From assembly GCA_964016885.1 (NCBI GenBank), contig OZ024750.1:5084001-5148000 (forward strand): a stretch of DNA of 64,000 nucleotides, in the 5' to 3' direction. Shown piece by piece: positions 1-13,427 of the stretch. Each line of letters opens with the position of its first letter. The first letter of the stretch is position 1. The translations under genes were made by a program, and so were the position numbers. A model generated the notes under the pieces. It worked only from the letters and a program-made list of their open reading frames with translations, searched no databases and had not been told where the DNA came from. This DNA comes from Eledone cirrhosa. Lineage: Eukaryota.

Positions 1-3000
1 AAGTGTAGAGGTGAAGGGGAAGTATACTTACTGGAGAGAGAGAGAGAATTAAGTGTAGAGGTGAAGGGGAAGTATACTTACTGGAGAGAGAGAGAGAATT
101 AAGTGTAGAGGTGAAGGGGAAGTATACTTACTGGAGAGAGAGAGAGAGAATTAAGTGTAGAGGTGAAGGGGAAGTATACTTACTGGAGAGAGAGAGAGAG
201 AATTAAGTGTAGAGGTGAAGGGGAAGTATACTTACTGGAGAGAGAGAGAGAGAATTAAGTGTAGAGGTGAAGGGGAAGTATACTTACTGGAGAGAGAGAG
301 AGAATTAAGTGTAGAGGTGAAGGGGAAGTATACTTACTGGAGAGAGAGAGAGAGAATTAAGTGTAGAGGTGAAGGGGAAGTATACTTACTGGAGAGAGAG
401 AGAGAGAATTAAGTGTAGAGGTGAAGGGGAAGTATACTTACTGGAGAGAGAGAGAGAGAGAATTAAGTGTAGAGGTGAAGGGGAAGTATACTTACTGGAG
501 AGAGAGAGAGAATTAAGTGTAGAGGTGAAGGGGAAGTATACTTACTGGAGAGAGAGAGAGAATTAAGTGTAGAGGTGAAGGGGAAGTATACTTACTGGAG
601 AGAGAGAGAGAATTAAGTGTAGAGGTGAAGGGGAAGTATACTTACTGAGAGAGAGAGAATTAAGTGTAGAGGTGAAGGGGAAGTATACTTACTGGAGAGA
701 GAGAGAGAGAATTAAGTGTAGAGGTGAAGGGGAAGTATACTTACTGGAGAGAGAGAGAGAGAATTAAGTGTAGAGGTGAAGGGGAAGTATACTTACTGGA
801 GAGAGAGAGAGAATTAAGTGTAGAGGTGAAGGGGAAGTATACTTACTGGAGAGAGAGAGAGAGAGAATTAAGTGTAGAGGTGAAGGGGAAGTATACTTAC
901 TGGAGAGAGAGAGAGAATTAAGTGTAGAGGTGAAGGGGAAGTATACTTACTGGAGAGAGAGAGAGAGAATTAAGTGTAGAGGTGAAGGGGAAGTATACTT
1001 ACTGGAGAGAGAGAGAGAGAGAATTAAGTGTAGAGGTGAAGGGGAAGTATACTTACTGGAGAGAGAGAGAGAATTAAGTGTAGAGGTGAAGGGGAAGTAT
1101 ACTTACTGGAGAGAGAGAGAGAGAATTAAGTGTAGAGGTGAAGGGGAAGTATACTTACTGGAGAGAGAGAGAGAGAGAATTAAGTGTAGAGGTGAAGGGG
1201 AAGTATACTTACTGGAGAGAGAGAGAGAATTAAGTGTAGAGGTGAAGGGGAAGTATACTTACTGGAGAGAGAGAGAGAGAGAATTAAGTGTAGAGGTGAA
1301 GGGGAAGTATACTTACTGGAGAGAGAGAGAGAGAATTAAGTGTAGAGGTGAAGGGGAAGTATTCTTACTGGAGAGAGAGAGAGAGAATTAAGTGTAGAGG
1401 TGAAGGGGAAGTATACTTACTGGAGAGAGAGAGAGAGAATTAAGTGTAGAGGTGAAGGGGAAGTATACTTACTGGAGAGAGAGAGAGAGAGAATTAAGTG
1501 TAGAGGTGAAGGGGAAGTATACTTACTGGAGAGAGAGAGAGAGAGAATTAAGTGTAGAGGTGAAGGGGAAGTATACTTACTGGAGAGAGAGAGAGAGAAT
1601 TAAGTGTAGAGGTGAAGGGGAAGTATTCTTACTGGAGAGAGAGAGAGAGAATTAAGTGTAGAGGTGAAGGGGAAGTATACTTACTGGAGAGAGAGAGAGA
1701 ATTAAGTGTAGAGGTGAAGGGGAAGTATACTTACTGGAGAGAGAGAGAGAGAATTAAGTGTAGAGGTGAAGGGGAAGTATACTTACTGGAGAGAGAGAGA
1801 GAGAGAATTAAGTGTAGAGGTGAAGGGGAAGTATACTTACTGGAGAGAGAGAGAGAGAGAATTAAGTGTAGAGGTGAAGGGGAAGTATTCTTACTGGAGA
1901 GAGAGAGAGAGAATTAAGTGTAGAGGTGAAGGGGAAGTATTCTTACTGGAGAGAGAGAGAGAGAATTAAGTGTAGAGGTGAAGGGGAAGTATTCTTACTG
2001 GAGAGAGAGAGAGAGAATTAAGTGTAGAGGTGAAGGGGAAGTATACTTACTGGAGAGAGAGAGAGAATTAAGTGTAGAGGTGAAGGGGAAGTATACTTAC
2101 TGGAGAGAGAGAGAGAGAGAATTAAGTGTAGAGGTGAAGGGGAAGTATACTTACTGGAGAGAGAGAGAGAATTAAGTGTAGAGGTGAAGGGGAAGTATAC
2201 TTACTGGAGAGAGAGAGAGAGAGAATTAAGTGTAGAGGTGAAGGGGAAGTATACTTACTGGAGAGAGAGAGAGAGAATTAAGTGTAGAGGTGAAGGGGAA
2301 GTATTCTTACTGGAGAGAGAGAGAGAGAATTAAGTGTAGAGGTGAAGGGGAAGTATACTTACTGGAGAGAGAGAGAGAATTAAGTGTAGAGGTGAAGGGG
2401 AAGTATACTTACTGGAGAGAGAGAGAGAGAGAATTAAGTGTAGAGGTGAAGGGGAAGTATACTTACTGGAGAGAGAGAGAGAGAATTAAGTGTAGAGGTG
2501 AAGGGGAAGTATACTTACTGGAGAGAGAGAGAGAGAATTAAGTGTAGAGGTGAAGGGGAAGTATACTTACTGGAGAGAGAGAGAGAGAATTAAGTGTAGA
2601 GGTGAAGGGGAAGTATACTTACTGGAGAGAGAGAGAGAGAATTAAGTGTAGAGGTGAAGGGGAAGTATACTTACTGGAGAGAGAGAGAGAGAATTAAGTG
2701 TAGAGGTGAAGGGGAAGTATACTTACTGGAGAGAGAGAGAGAGAATTAAGTGTAGAGGTGAAGGGGAAGTATACTTACTGGAGAGAGAGAGAGAGAATTA
2801 AGTGTAGAGGTGAAGGGGAAGTATACTTACTGGAGAGAGAGAGAGAGAATTAAGTGTAGAGGTGAAGGGGAAGTATACTTACTGGAGAGAGAGAGAGAGA
2901 ATTAAGTGTAGAGGTGAAGGGGAAGTATACTTACTGGAGAGAGAGAGAGAATTAAGTGTAGAGGTGAAGGGGAAGTATACTTACTGGAGAGAGAGAGAGA

Positions 3001-4080
3001 ATTAAGTGTAGAGGTGAAGGGGAAGTATACTTACTGGAGAGAGAGAGAGAATTAAGTGTAGAGGTGAAGGGGAAGTATACTTACTGGAGAGAGAGAGAGA
3101 ATTAAGTGTAGAGGTGAAGGGGAAGTATACTTACTGGAGAGAGAGAGAGAGAATTAAGTGTAGAGGTGAAGGGGAAGTATACTTACTGGAGAGAGAGAGA
3201 GAGAATTAAGTGTAGAGGTGAAGGGGAAGTATACTTACTGGAGAGAGAGAGAGAGAATTAAGTGTAGAGGTGAAGGGGAAGTATACTTACTGGAGAGAGA
3301 GAGAGAATTAAGTGTAGAGGTGAAGGGGAAGTATACTTACTGGAGAGAGAGAGAGAATTAAGTGTAGAGGTGAAGGGGAAGTATACTTACTGGAGAGAGA
3401 GAGAGAATTAAGTGTAGAGGTGAAGGGGAAGTATACTTACTGGAGAGAGAGAGAGAGAATTAAGTGTAGAGGTGAAGGGGAAGTATACTTACTGGAGAGA
3501 GAGAGAGAGAATTAAGTGTAGAGGTGAAGGGGAAGTATACTTACTGGAGAGAGAGAGAGAATTAAGTGTAGAGGTGAAGGGGAAGTATACTTACTGGAGA
3601 GAGAGAGAGAGAATTAAGTGTAGAGGTGAAGGGGAAGTATACTTACTGGAGAGAGAGAGAGAGAATTAAGTGTAGAGGTGAAGGGGAAGTATACTTACTG
3701 GAGAGAGAGAGAGAATTAAGTGTAGAGGTGAAGGGGAAGTATACTTACTGGAGAGAGAGAGAGAATTAAGTGTAGAGGTGAAGGGGAAGTATACTTACTG
3801 GAGAGAGAGAGAGAATTAAGTGTAGAGGTGAAGGGGAAGTATACTTACTGGAGAGAGAGAGAGAGAGAATTAAGTGTAGAGGTGAAGGGGAAGTATACTT
3901 ACTGGAGAGAGAGAGAGAATTAAGTGTAGAGGTGAAGGGGAAGTATACTTACTGGAGAGAGAGAGAGAGAGAATTAAGTGTAGAGGTGAAGGGGAAGTAT
4001 ACTTACTGGAGAGAGAGAGAGAGAATTAAGTGTAGAGGTGAAGGGGAAGTATACTTACTGGAGAGAGAGAGAGAGAATTA
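1..4080. repeat. Minisatellite, about 50-54 bp unit AATTAAGTGTAGAGGTGAAGGGGAAGTATACTTACTGG(AG)n, roughly 78 copies
   Basis: Direct reading; almost all variation is in AG tract length. Confidence 0.98.
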
Positions 4081-4247
4081 AATAACATATACTGGGGAGT
4101 ATAAACATACATTCCCTAAAGTAAATGTCATCTGTTTATAACATTATTTGTTTTAATAGGATTTCAGCTCAGAATACAGAGACCCTAAACCAATATCCAA
4201 TACTCTAACAACTCTGCTGAATCAACTACTTTAGTTATATATATAAT

Positions 4248-4598
4248 GAGGCACATGGCTTAGTGGTTAGAGCATTGGCCTTGCAATCGAAAGGTTGTGA
4301 GTTCAATTCTCAGACCGGATGATGTGTTGTTTCCTTGAGCAAGACACTTTATTTCATATTGCTCCAGTTTACTCAGCTGTAGAAATGAGATGATAGGGAC
4401 TGGGGTCCATATCATTCCACTGCAAATTGGTCGTGGAGGTGCCACGGCAAAAAAGCACCCAGCACTCACTGTAAATGAGGTTGGTGTTAGGAAGGGCACC
4501 CAGCTGTAGAAATCAAGCCAGAATCAGTTCCCGTCCCACCCTTGCAAGCAGGAAAAAGCGGACGTAAAATGATGATGATGATGATGATGATGATAATG
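4248..4598 (+). mobile_element. tRNA-derived SINE, family A
   Basis: A box TGGCTTAGTGG, B box GAGTTCAATTC, (GAT)n tail; near-identical copy at 49079-49373. Confidence 0.85.
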
Positions 4599-4611
4599 AC
4601 CTAATGAATGT

Positions 4612-5193
4612 TTAACCCTTTACCATTTACATAACTCTCTATATACTCTTGTATTTTCACAGTAAAGGCTTTATCTCGCATAATTATCTTACACAATATC
4701 GAATCAATGAGATTTTGATGATATTTATTTTGAGAACAATACCTTAACGTCAGTATGAGCGACCAGTTTGGACAGAAAGAGGTGTGATCGAGTTCTGGTT
4801 GGATACAGCCAGTTTAACTCTTTAGCATTTACATTATAATTTACTATTGTATTTTCACAGTAAAGACTTTATGATATTTATTTTGGGCAGTGATTTAGCA
4901 GTATCAGTAGAGAGTCGGACACCATGCTTTGCAGCATAGAGTTACGGCCCTTTACAGTCTGAGTTCAAATCCCGCCGAGGTTAACTTTACCTTTCATCCT
5001 TACAGGGTCAATAAAATAAAGTACCAGTAATGCACTAGGGTAATTGCTGGCTTTGTGCCAAAAGTAGAAACAACTATTTATTTTGAGAACAATACCTTAA
5101 CATCACTATGAGTAGCAAGTTACGGCTGGTTTGAACAGAAAGAGGTGAAAGAATTCTGGCCAGATACGGCCGGTTTAAATGCTAAAGGGTTAA
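4612..5193. mobile_element. TTAA-flanked (piggyBac-type) MITEs, tandem and nested
   Basis: TTAACCCTTTA...TAAAGGGTTAA termini. Relatives at 36619-36850, 27709-27905 and 41328-41510. Confidence 0.7.
4895..5078 (+). mobile_element. SINE family B inserted in a TTAA MITE
   Basis: Same consensus as 12742-12917. Confidence 0.85.
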
Positions 5194-5239
5194 CAAAGAT
5201 AGATAGATAAAAGAGTAACAACTGATTGTGACCCCTTAC

Positions 5240-5365
5240 CGTGATAGATGATATTTTATCTCCTACAATGGACGGGTTCGAGGAAGGACTCACACTAGAA
5301 CGGTTTGATGAAGATTTTGTATCCACACCAGCAGGAGTCTTGTTTTTCTCTTTAAATCGCTTTAA
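5240..5365 (-). CDS. GOLGA2: Probable GM130/GOLGA2 coding exon 2 (LKRFKEKNKTPAG...DKISSIT); gene continues beyond position 1
   Basis: TTTGTTTGTTTCAG acceptor, GTAAGG donor, 126 nt, phase 0 to 0, no stops. Confidence 0.7.
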
Positions 5366-5918
5366 CTGAAACAAACAAATTAATTAATTAAATAAATACA
5401 ATTCTACAAAACAATAAATCACATGACCCCTCTTCCCTCCAAGCAACATGTAGGTTTAGCTGACCTCCTATGAGGTTTCTCAAGTGTTTTAACCCTTTAG
5501 CATTTACAGTACTCTATATTTACTATAGTATTTTTAAGCACAATTAAGATATACTGGCCAACCAGGTTTGCCCCGTTCTTTTCTCTCCCCTTTCTTAATT
5601 TATTTTTCTCTTCACTCTTATTTCTCTCCTGTTTCTAAATAATTACACCTGAATAGGAAGTAATTAAAATAAATTAGTTCCACTCGCTACAACCATTGTG
5701 ATATATTTCTAAACAGGAGATATAACTATATTTTAGCCAGCTTGTCTGGCTTACAAAAAACAGGTTAAATATTCTATTACATGGTTGATTGGTTAATGGT
5801 AGAAAGAATACCCAGCTTTAAAAACAATCCGACACCCAGGCATAGAAACATTTAAATACATTAATCATCAACCTTGAAATAATATAGAAAACAGTAAATT
5901 TATATATATATATATATA

Positions 5919-7040
5919 CATATACACTAGGTCCGAATACAAAGGAACCAAACTCCCACTGTCACTACCTCTGTCTCTCTCGCTCTCCCCATCTCTCACA
6001 TATACACTAGGTCCGAACACAAAGGAACCAAACTCCCACTGTCACTACCCCTGTCTCTCTTGCTCTCCCCATCTCTCACATATACTCTAGGTCCGAACAC
6101 AAAGGAATCAAACTCCCACTGTCACTACCTCTGTCTCTCTCCCCATCTCTCACATATACACTAGGTCCGAACACAAAGGAACCAAACTCCCACTGTCACT
6201 GCCTCTGTCTCTCCCCATCTCTCACATATACACTAGGTCCGAACACAAAGGAACCAAACTCCCACTGTCACTGCCTCTGTCTCTCCCCATCTCTCACATA
6301 TACACTAGGTCCGAACACAAAGGAACCAAACTCCCACTGTCACTGCCTCTGTCTCTCCCCATCTCTCACATATACTCTAGGTCCGAATACAAAGGAACCA
6401 AACTCCCACTGTCACTACCTCTGTCTCTCTCGCTCTCCCCCATCTCTCACATATACTCTAGGTCCGAATACAAAGGAACCAAACTCCCACTGTCACTACC
6501 TCTGTCTCTCTCGCTCTCCCCCATCTCTCACATATACACTAGGTCCAAACACAAAGGAACCAAACTCCCACTGTCACTGCCTCTGTCTCTCCCCATCTCT
6601 CACATATACACTAGGTCCAAACACAAAGGAACCAAACTCCCACTGTCACTGCCTCTGTCTCTCCCCATCTCTCACATATACACTAGGTCCGAACACAAAG
6701 GAACCAAACTCCCACTGTCACTGCCTCTGTCTCTCCCCATCTCTCACATGTACTCTAGGTCCGAACACAAAGGAACCAAACTCCCACTGTCACTGCCTCT
6801 GTCTCTCTCGCTCTCCCCATCTCTCACATATACACTAGGTCCGAACACAAAGGAACCAAACTCCCACTGTCACTGCCTCTGTCTCTCCCCATCTCTCACA
6901 TATACTCTAGGTCCGAACACAAAGGAACCAAACTCCCACTGTCACTGCCTCTGTCTCTCTCCGCATCTCTCACATATACACTAGGTCCGAACACAAAGGA
7001 ACCAAACTCCCACTGTCACTGCCTCTGCCTCTGTCTCTCC
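5919..7040. repeat. Minisatellite, about 62-71 bp unit (CATATACACTAGGTCCGAACACAAAGGAACCAAACTCCCACTGTCAC...)
   Basis: About 17 tandem copies. Confidence 0.95.
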
Positions 7041-7277
7041 ATTGCTTACTATATAGAAACCTCTAAATGACCCTTTACAGCCCACAACCTCCTCACTAAA
7101 CATCATCTAGTCAGCTATTTCAATACAATACAATTCATTATATTATATAGTTAATGAATCATAGTACTATTTCAACAGAACATACAACACAATATGATTA
7201 ACACTTCCATGTAGATTAAAACAAATGATAATTGTTATTAAGAAAAAACAAAAAAAAACAGGAACAATAAATGACAA

Positions 7278-7631
7278 GTTATGTGTGTCTGTGGTATGGA
7301 GCTGATCACTAGATATATCATGTTATGTGTGTCTGTGGTATGGAGCTGATCACTAGATATATCATGTTATGTGTGTCTGTGGTATGGAGCTGATCACTAG
7401 ATATATCATGTTATGTGTGCCTGTGGTGGAGGAGCTGATCACTAGATATATCATGTTATGTGTGTCTGTGGTATGGAGCTGATCACTAGATATATCATGT
7501 TATGTGTGTCTGTGGTATGGAGCTGATCACTAGATATATCATGTTATGTGTGTCTGTGGTATGGAGCTGATCACTAGATATATCATGTTATGTGTGTCTG
7601 TGGTATGGAGCTGATCACTAGATATATCATG
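7278..7631. repeat. 44-bp tandem repeat, 8 copies
   Basis: GTTATGTGTGTCTGTGGTATGGAGCTGATCACTAGATATATCAT. Confidence 0.95.
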
Positions 7632-7979
7632 CTGTTACAACTCACACCTGTGTAGTTTAACTAGCCTCTTACAAGGTTGTAACTTATAGGTTTCTGTTTC
7701 TCAGGTGTTTTAATGACAGGAGCGCCAGTCTTTCTAAAAACCAACATAAAGAAGCATGTTACCCAAGAACACAACACACCAACTAGTCCAGAACCACAGC
7801 CTTATGATTGTGAGTGCAACACCCTGACCATACACTTTCACAAACTGGCCATACACTTTCACAAACTGTTTCTATTGGTCTTTCCACACATAATGGGTCC
7901 TATACTATAACTATAGAATTCTCTTGATAATCAAAATAACCAAAATACATCAATATATTTGTTCTGTCTTTAATATAAA

Positions 7980-8021
<42 letters not shown>

Positions 8022-8159
8022 CATATTTCCAGCAGGTTGTGATAGATATTAAACAAAACTACATTTATGAACCTTAGAATAACTGTTTCCCCTATCTGTC
8101 ACTTCCATTCTACTAAAGTGAACTTTACACCTGTCAACTAGTTGATTAAACTTCCCATA

Positions 8160-10100
8160 TTAATAATAATAATAATGAAATTATTGTGTACAGTGCTCAG
8201 GTGCACTACAACTCATCAAAGGTGCATGTATAGTACATAGAATAATGTACAAATGTCAGGAAAATGAACAGTGTACGAGTCATGATATAATAACAATAAC
8301 AATAATGAAATATTGTGTACAGTGCCCAGGTGCACCACAACTCATCAAAAAAGTGCATGTACAGTACATAGGGCAATGCACAAACATCAGTAAAATGAAC
8401 AGTGCACGAGTCATGATACACACATGTGTGCATGTGTATGGAAGGGGTACATCAGGTGTAGTTTTGGCGTATTTTGGGAAGCATGAGTGTCTTAAAGGAT
8501 GCAGTGTCTCGGCAGCTAACAATTGACGCAGGCAGTTTGTTCCATGCTTCAGCGTGAAAAAGTGTCTACGAAAGTCATGGGAGCTGTGCTGTTTTCTGAT
8601 CTTGTAGGCATGTCCACGTGTGTTAGACACATGGAGATCAAAGAGGTGCTCAGGGTTGCAATTGGCGAGATGGTTAAAAACTTTGTGGGTATTCACCAAG
8701 TCCATTGCCAGACGTCGGAGCTTCAATGAATCCATGCCCAGGGAAGCAAGGCGTTCAGAGTATGGTAGGTGTCTGATGGAGGGTATGCGCTTGGTTGCAC
8801 GTCTCTGAACAGTTTCCAGGAGGTCAATGTTCTGAGCAAGATAGGGGTTCCAGACTGATGATGCGAATTCCAAGTGTGGTCGTACCATAGCTGTATACAG
8901 TTTTAAATAGATGGCTGGAGAGCGGCTAACAAAGGTCTTGCTGAGTGATGCCAAGACACCCTCGGCCTTCTTGACAATCTTAGAGACATGCTTTGTCCAA
9001 CGCAAATCGTTGCTGACAGCAATGCCCAGGTCACGTTCACAAGAGGACTTTTTGATATCAGTGTTGTGGAGGGAGTATGTGGACGCTGGATTTTTCCTTC
9101 CAAAATGCATGGTGGTACACTTGTCCACAGCCAGCTTCAGTTGCCAGTCTGTGATCCATTGCTGCATTGTGTCCAGGTCTGATTGTAGGAAAGAGTTGTA
9201 AATTTCAGGATCAGTCCTTTTGATTTCAAGGTACAGCTTGATGTCATCTGCATATTTTAGTACCGTGGCATTCTGTAAGTTGGCATCTATGTCGTTAATA
9301 TATGCCACAAACAAAAGAGGACCAAGAACAGATCCCTGTGGTACACCAGATGACATCTCATATGGTGAAGAATGCTGTCCTAGAACCGTGACTACTTCTT
9401 TTCAGCTGAGAATGAAGGATTTCAACCAGTCGAAAAGATCATCCCTCACACCCATTGCAGAGAGTTTTGCCATAAGTCTTTTGTGTGGCACAGAATTAAA
9501 AGCCTTAGCAAAGTCAAGGTAAACAACATCCACCCATGAGCCGCTGTCAGTGATCCGGGTGATGTCCTCAAGGAACTCGATAAGCTGATCACAGCAGCTG
9601 GAGTTAGGGATAAATCCAAACTGTGAGGGCCGGATGAGGCTGTGAGAGCTCCAGAAGTTCCAAAGTGTTTCTCTGACACAGGATTCAATCAGTTTGGCCA
9701 TACAGCTAGTAAGACTGACTGGACGATAGTTGACAGGTGACATGCGGTTGCCCTTTTTGAACAGGGGAATGACACTGGCAGTTTTCCACTGCTCCGGAGT
9801 AGCACCATTGTTGAGACAGTATTGAAAGAAGAAAGAAAGCTGGCGCAAAAGGAAATACCCGCCACGTTTGAGAAGCAGGTATGTCACACCATCAAGACCA
9901 GGGGAGGCATAGTTGCGCTTATTCTTAAGGTGACGTCGCAACATTGCAGGTGTAAATTCCATAGTTGTTATGGAATTTGATGTTAGAGATGGTGGAGATG
10001 GTACATTCTGGTTTTCAACAGTAAAAATACTTGCATAGCACTCAGCAATGAGTTCTGCGCATTCCTTGGGATCGTCAGTGATCTGGCTCATTTCATCACT
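8160..10100 (-). mobile_element. 5'-truncated CR1-clade LINE with reverse transcriptase (disrupted ORF2)
   Basis: Motifs SPGLDG, PLFKKG, NYRPVSLTS, QFGF, VYLDFAKAFNSV, SGVPQGSVLGPLLF, YADD, VRPHLEF, QRRATK. One in-frame TGA at 9402-9404, a frameshift near 8550, original stop about 8452, (TTA)n tail. Confidence 0.93.
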
Positions 10101-11778
10101 AACTCATTATATATATATATATACACACACACACCAACACCCCCTTACATTATATATACATAAATACTTCCTCACATCATACACCAATGCAGTTTGAACA
10201 CTTCTGTTGTAAGTTAATGTTTCAAAAATGATAGTAAATACTCAACAATAAGTAGATGTATAAAGTGCACCCAGTACATCCTGTAAAGTGGTTGACATTA
10301 GGAAGGATATGCAACTGTAGAAATCATGCCAAACATGGAACATATGAGCTAGATGGGGTTATTCCAGCCTACCAAATCTCAGTCCATGACAATCCAGCCA
10401 ACTTATACCAGTAGAAGACAGACAAAATAATTCTGACAATAGGTGAATTGTTTTTTAAGAAGAACAGGTAAATGAGAGGGTGGATTGAAATACAAACATG
10501 CATCAAAACTGTTTGTGCAGCTTAAAATGAAGGGGTGGGGTAGAATAAAGTTTAAAATCCCATTTGTTGATAATTAAAGACTATAAAGCAGGAGAAATTA
10601 GTGGAAATCTGGCTGCCTTCCAAATAAACTGACAACAGCTGTCAGATATTAAAGATACTACCACTATTACTAATGACAACAGATTACAATGGTTTTACTC
10701 AATGTAAAGAGAGAGCGATAAGGGTGGGAATAATAGATCAGCCTGTTGAAAAATGCTAATACTAAAAGAGAAACATCACATTTAAGTTAAGGATGTAATT
10801 ATGAAAGGAGAGACATATTTAGCCCTTTGATACCAAACAGCCCCTGCTTATATGATACAAAGTTGTTTATTTTATCTAAAAAACCTTCCATCATGATGTT
10901 ATATAGGAATACTTTGTTCCAAACACCAGATTAACAATGAGAAAGTTATGTTACTAAATTCCTCCAAATTTTTTTTATCATTTTCAAAACAATTGAATAC
11001 CATAGGTTGTGTCTTTCCTTAGAAATATGGAAATGAAAGGGCTAATATAGTAACTTAAAAGGTTCTTACATAAAATTATGTTGAAAGATTTTAAATAGGA
11101 ACCTTCTGAAATAGATGGTTTTGTTTCATAGAACCAGAGCTGGTTTGGGTTAAATTGGTATCAAAAGGGTTCAAAATGTTTTACCAAAGAAAACATTCTA
11201 GGATAAAGCTATTTATATAAATTTGAGAATATTGATCCAATAATCAGTCATTTTCTACCAATAAGTAAGATACTAGGTCAATAAATGATAATGGACAACT
11301 AAGAAATATTGATTTATGTTAAACTGATAATCTTCAGATATTAAAGAAATGGTAAAATAATAATAGTGGTGGTGGTTGTTTAACTCTACAAATTCAATTT
11401 TTAGTAATCAGACATATATATATTAAAAGACATTCCAGCTATGACCATCTGGAGTTATATAGCAGGGATAACATTGCCTAATGCATCCTTTAACCCTTTT
11501 CAGACCAACCTGGCCAAATACCAGATGTGGTTCTAAGAAACAAAACCATTAATTGTTAGAACAAGTCATTTTTATGTCTGCATGGGTTGGATGGACATGT
11601 CCTCTCCAGCTCAGCATCACACCTGTGTCTTTGTCATCTCCTTTGAGAGGTTCAACATCCAATATGGGTTGTGAGGGTTGTCAAAGTCTGAGACTAAACA
11701 GATCGTAAAGACCTCATTTTGTTCATACATTACATGTTTAGTATGGTTTCTAAAGCTGGATACTCTTCCTAACACCAC

Positions 11779-12015
11779 TCACTTTACAGCATATATACTG
11801 GGTGTATTTTACTGTAATACTGGCACTATCACTTTACAGAGTGGACTGGGTGCAATTTATTGTAATACTGGCACTATCACTTTACAGCATATATACTGGG
11901 CGTATTTTACTGTAATACTGGCACTATCACTTTACAGAGTGGACTGGGTGCAATTTATTGTAATACTGGCACTCTCACTTTACAGAGTGGACTGAGTGTA
12001 TTTTATTGTAACACC
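11779..12015. repeat. About 48-50 bp tandem repeat from a dispersed element
   Basis: CACTTTACAG...ACTGGGTG..TTT..TGTAATACTGGCAC; similar arrays at 37315-37500 and 42550-42725. Confidence 0.75.
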
Positions 12016-12741
12016 AGTGCCTTCACTTGCAGAAAAGATGTGATATATTTTTTTTATGTTTAGAAATACCATCTTAATAATGAAATAATGAGTCAATTTG
12101 AGTAAATCTTTCCAAATTCTTTATTAAGTGAAATAAAGTGAACTTCATTAGAAAAACATAAATGAAAGTGTTAATGAAGTGGAATAGAGATGTTTAATGT
12201 AATGTAGAACATTTGTAGAAGGCAAAAGGTCCATGAAAGCTTGAAACAAGGTTAACATATAATCCATTTAATATACATTACATGTGTCCAGAATTCTCCA
12301 TGTTGGCGAGTGTTCTGCCATATTGTCCATCATAGTGGTAGTGAAGATGGTGGTCTTTGTATTATTTGTATTATTATTATTATTGCCTTCACCTCATACA
12401 TAGTCAATATGTAATTAGTATCATATTTCAACTTAAGCTGCATGAAAAATGGAGTTTATGTGAGGTGAGAGAGAATGGTAGGGTAGGAATTAACTGATGA
12501 ACAGAGTAAAAAACTGCACTGGTATGGACACGAGATAAACACAGACAGTGAAAGCTAGGTAAAGATGTGTTGACAGCATAAGGTACTAAAGGTAGAGCAG
12601 AGAAAAACATTGAAGGAAACACGGACCTCGTAGACAAAATAACACAGGATCATGATATATTTGCCATATTGCAGACCCATCCAACCCACTGACATTAAAA
12701 TCATTATACTTAAGAAAAAAAAAACACTATAGTATAAAGAC

Positions 12742-12917
12742 AATAATTGTTTCTACTTTAGGCACAAGGCCCGCAATTACCCAGTACATTACTGGTACTT
12801 TATTTTATCGACCCCGTGAGGATGAAAGGCAAAGTTAACCTTGACAGGATTTGAACTCAGACGTAACTATGCTGGAAAGCATGGCGTCAGACCCTCTACT
12901 GATACTGCCAATTCACA
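12742..12917 (-). mobile_element. tRNA-derived SINE, family B, with target-site duplication
   Basis: Family consensus GAGTTCAAATCC...AACTTTGCCTTTCATCC...GATAAAATAAAGTACCAG...GTAGAAACAATTAT; flanking AGTATAAAGACAATAAT repeated on both sides. Confidence 0.85.
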
Positions 12918-13427
12918 AGTATAAAGACAATAATGAAGGCTTGTATTGGGTAATGTTTTATAAATAAATATAAAAGCTTCAGCAAGATTTATGGCCTACT
13001 TAGCTGAAAGATTAATGGTTCATATATCATTACTACTGTTACTTTCCGCCTCTGGCAATGTTTGATTCAAATCCTTCAACAGGTTGCTGGCAGGAGCAGT
13101 TTAAGCTTGCATGGGGCCCCTGGCTGAAATTTTTATTGGGCCAGGGGGGAAGAGAGGAAACGGGGCACTGTGTATTATTTATGCTAACAAATAAATAAAA
13201 AATTAGGAACCCTTTAAATATTATGGAGCCACTGGTTACAGCCTAGTCTTTTATTGCTAGAGAAATGGTAGATGAAAATGTCCCAATGGTTTATGGGAAC
13301 AGTTAATACATACAAATAATTTATGACAAACTGATCAGCAGAAAATGTCTCCATACAACATCTGTCCATCATAATCAGGACAAAGTACAATATAACTAAA
13401 CAACCGGCACTGTATACTTCATATATT

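Noticed and set aside
1-4080. CRISPR-like array or repeat-protein ORFs (MKGKYTYWRERE...)
   Set aside because: The inter-repeat parts are only (AG)n length variants, not unique spacers. There are no cas genes and the context is eukaryotic. The ORFs are by-products of the repeat.
4248-4320. tRNA gene
   Set aside because: The A and B boxes belong to a SINE head that continues into a repeated body and (GAT)n tail; no proper cloverleaf.
9402-9404. In-frame TGA in the LINE ORF as programmed readthrough or editing target
   Set aside because: The position corresponds to a conserved Arg (FL..R.Q.V), so CGA>TGA decay is simpler. The copy is also 5'-truncated and frameshifted.
8523-9522. Plus-strand ORFs over the LINE
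   Set aside because: Antisense shadows of the RT coding region.
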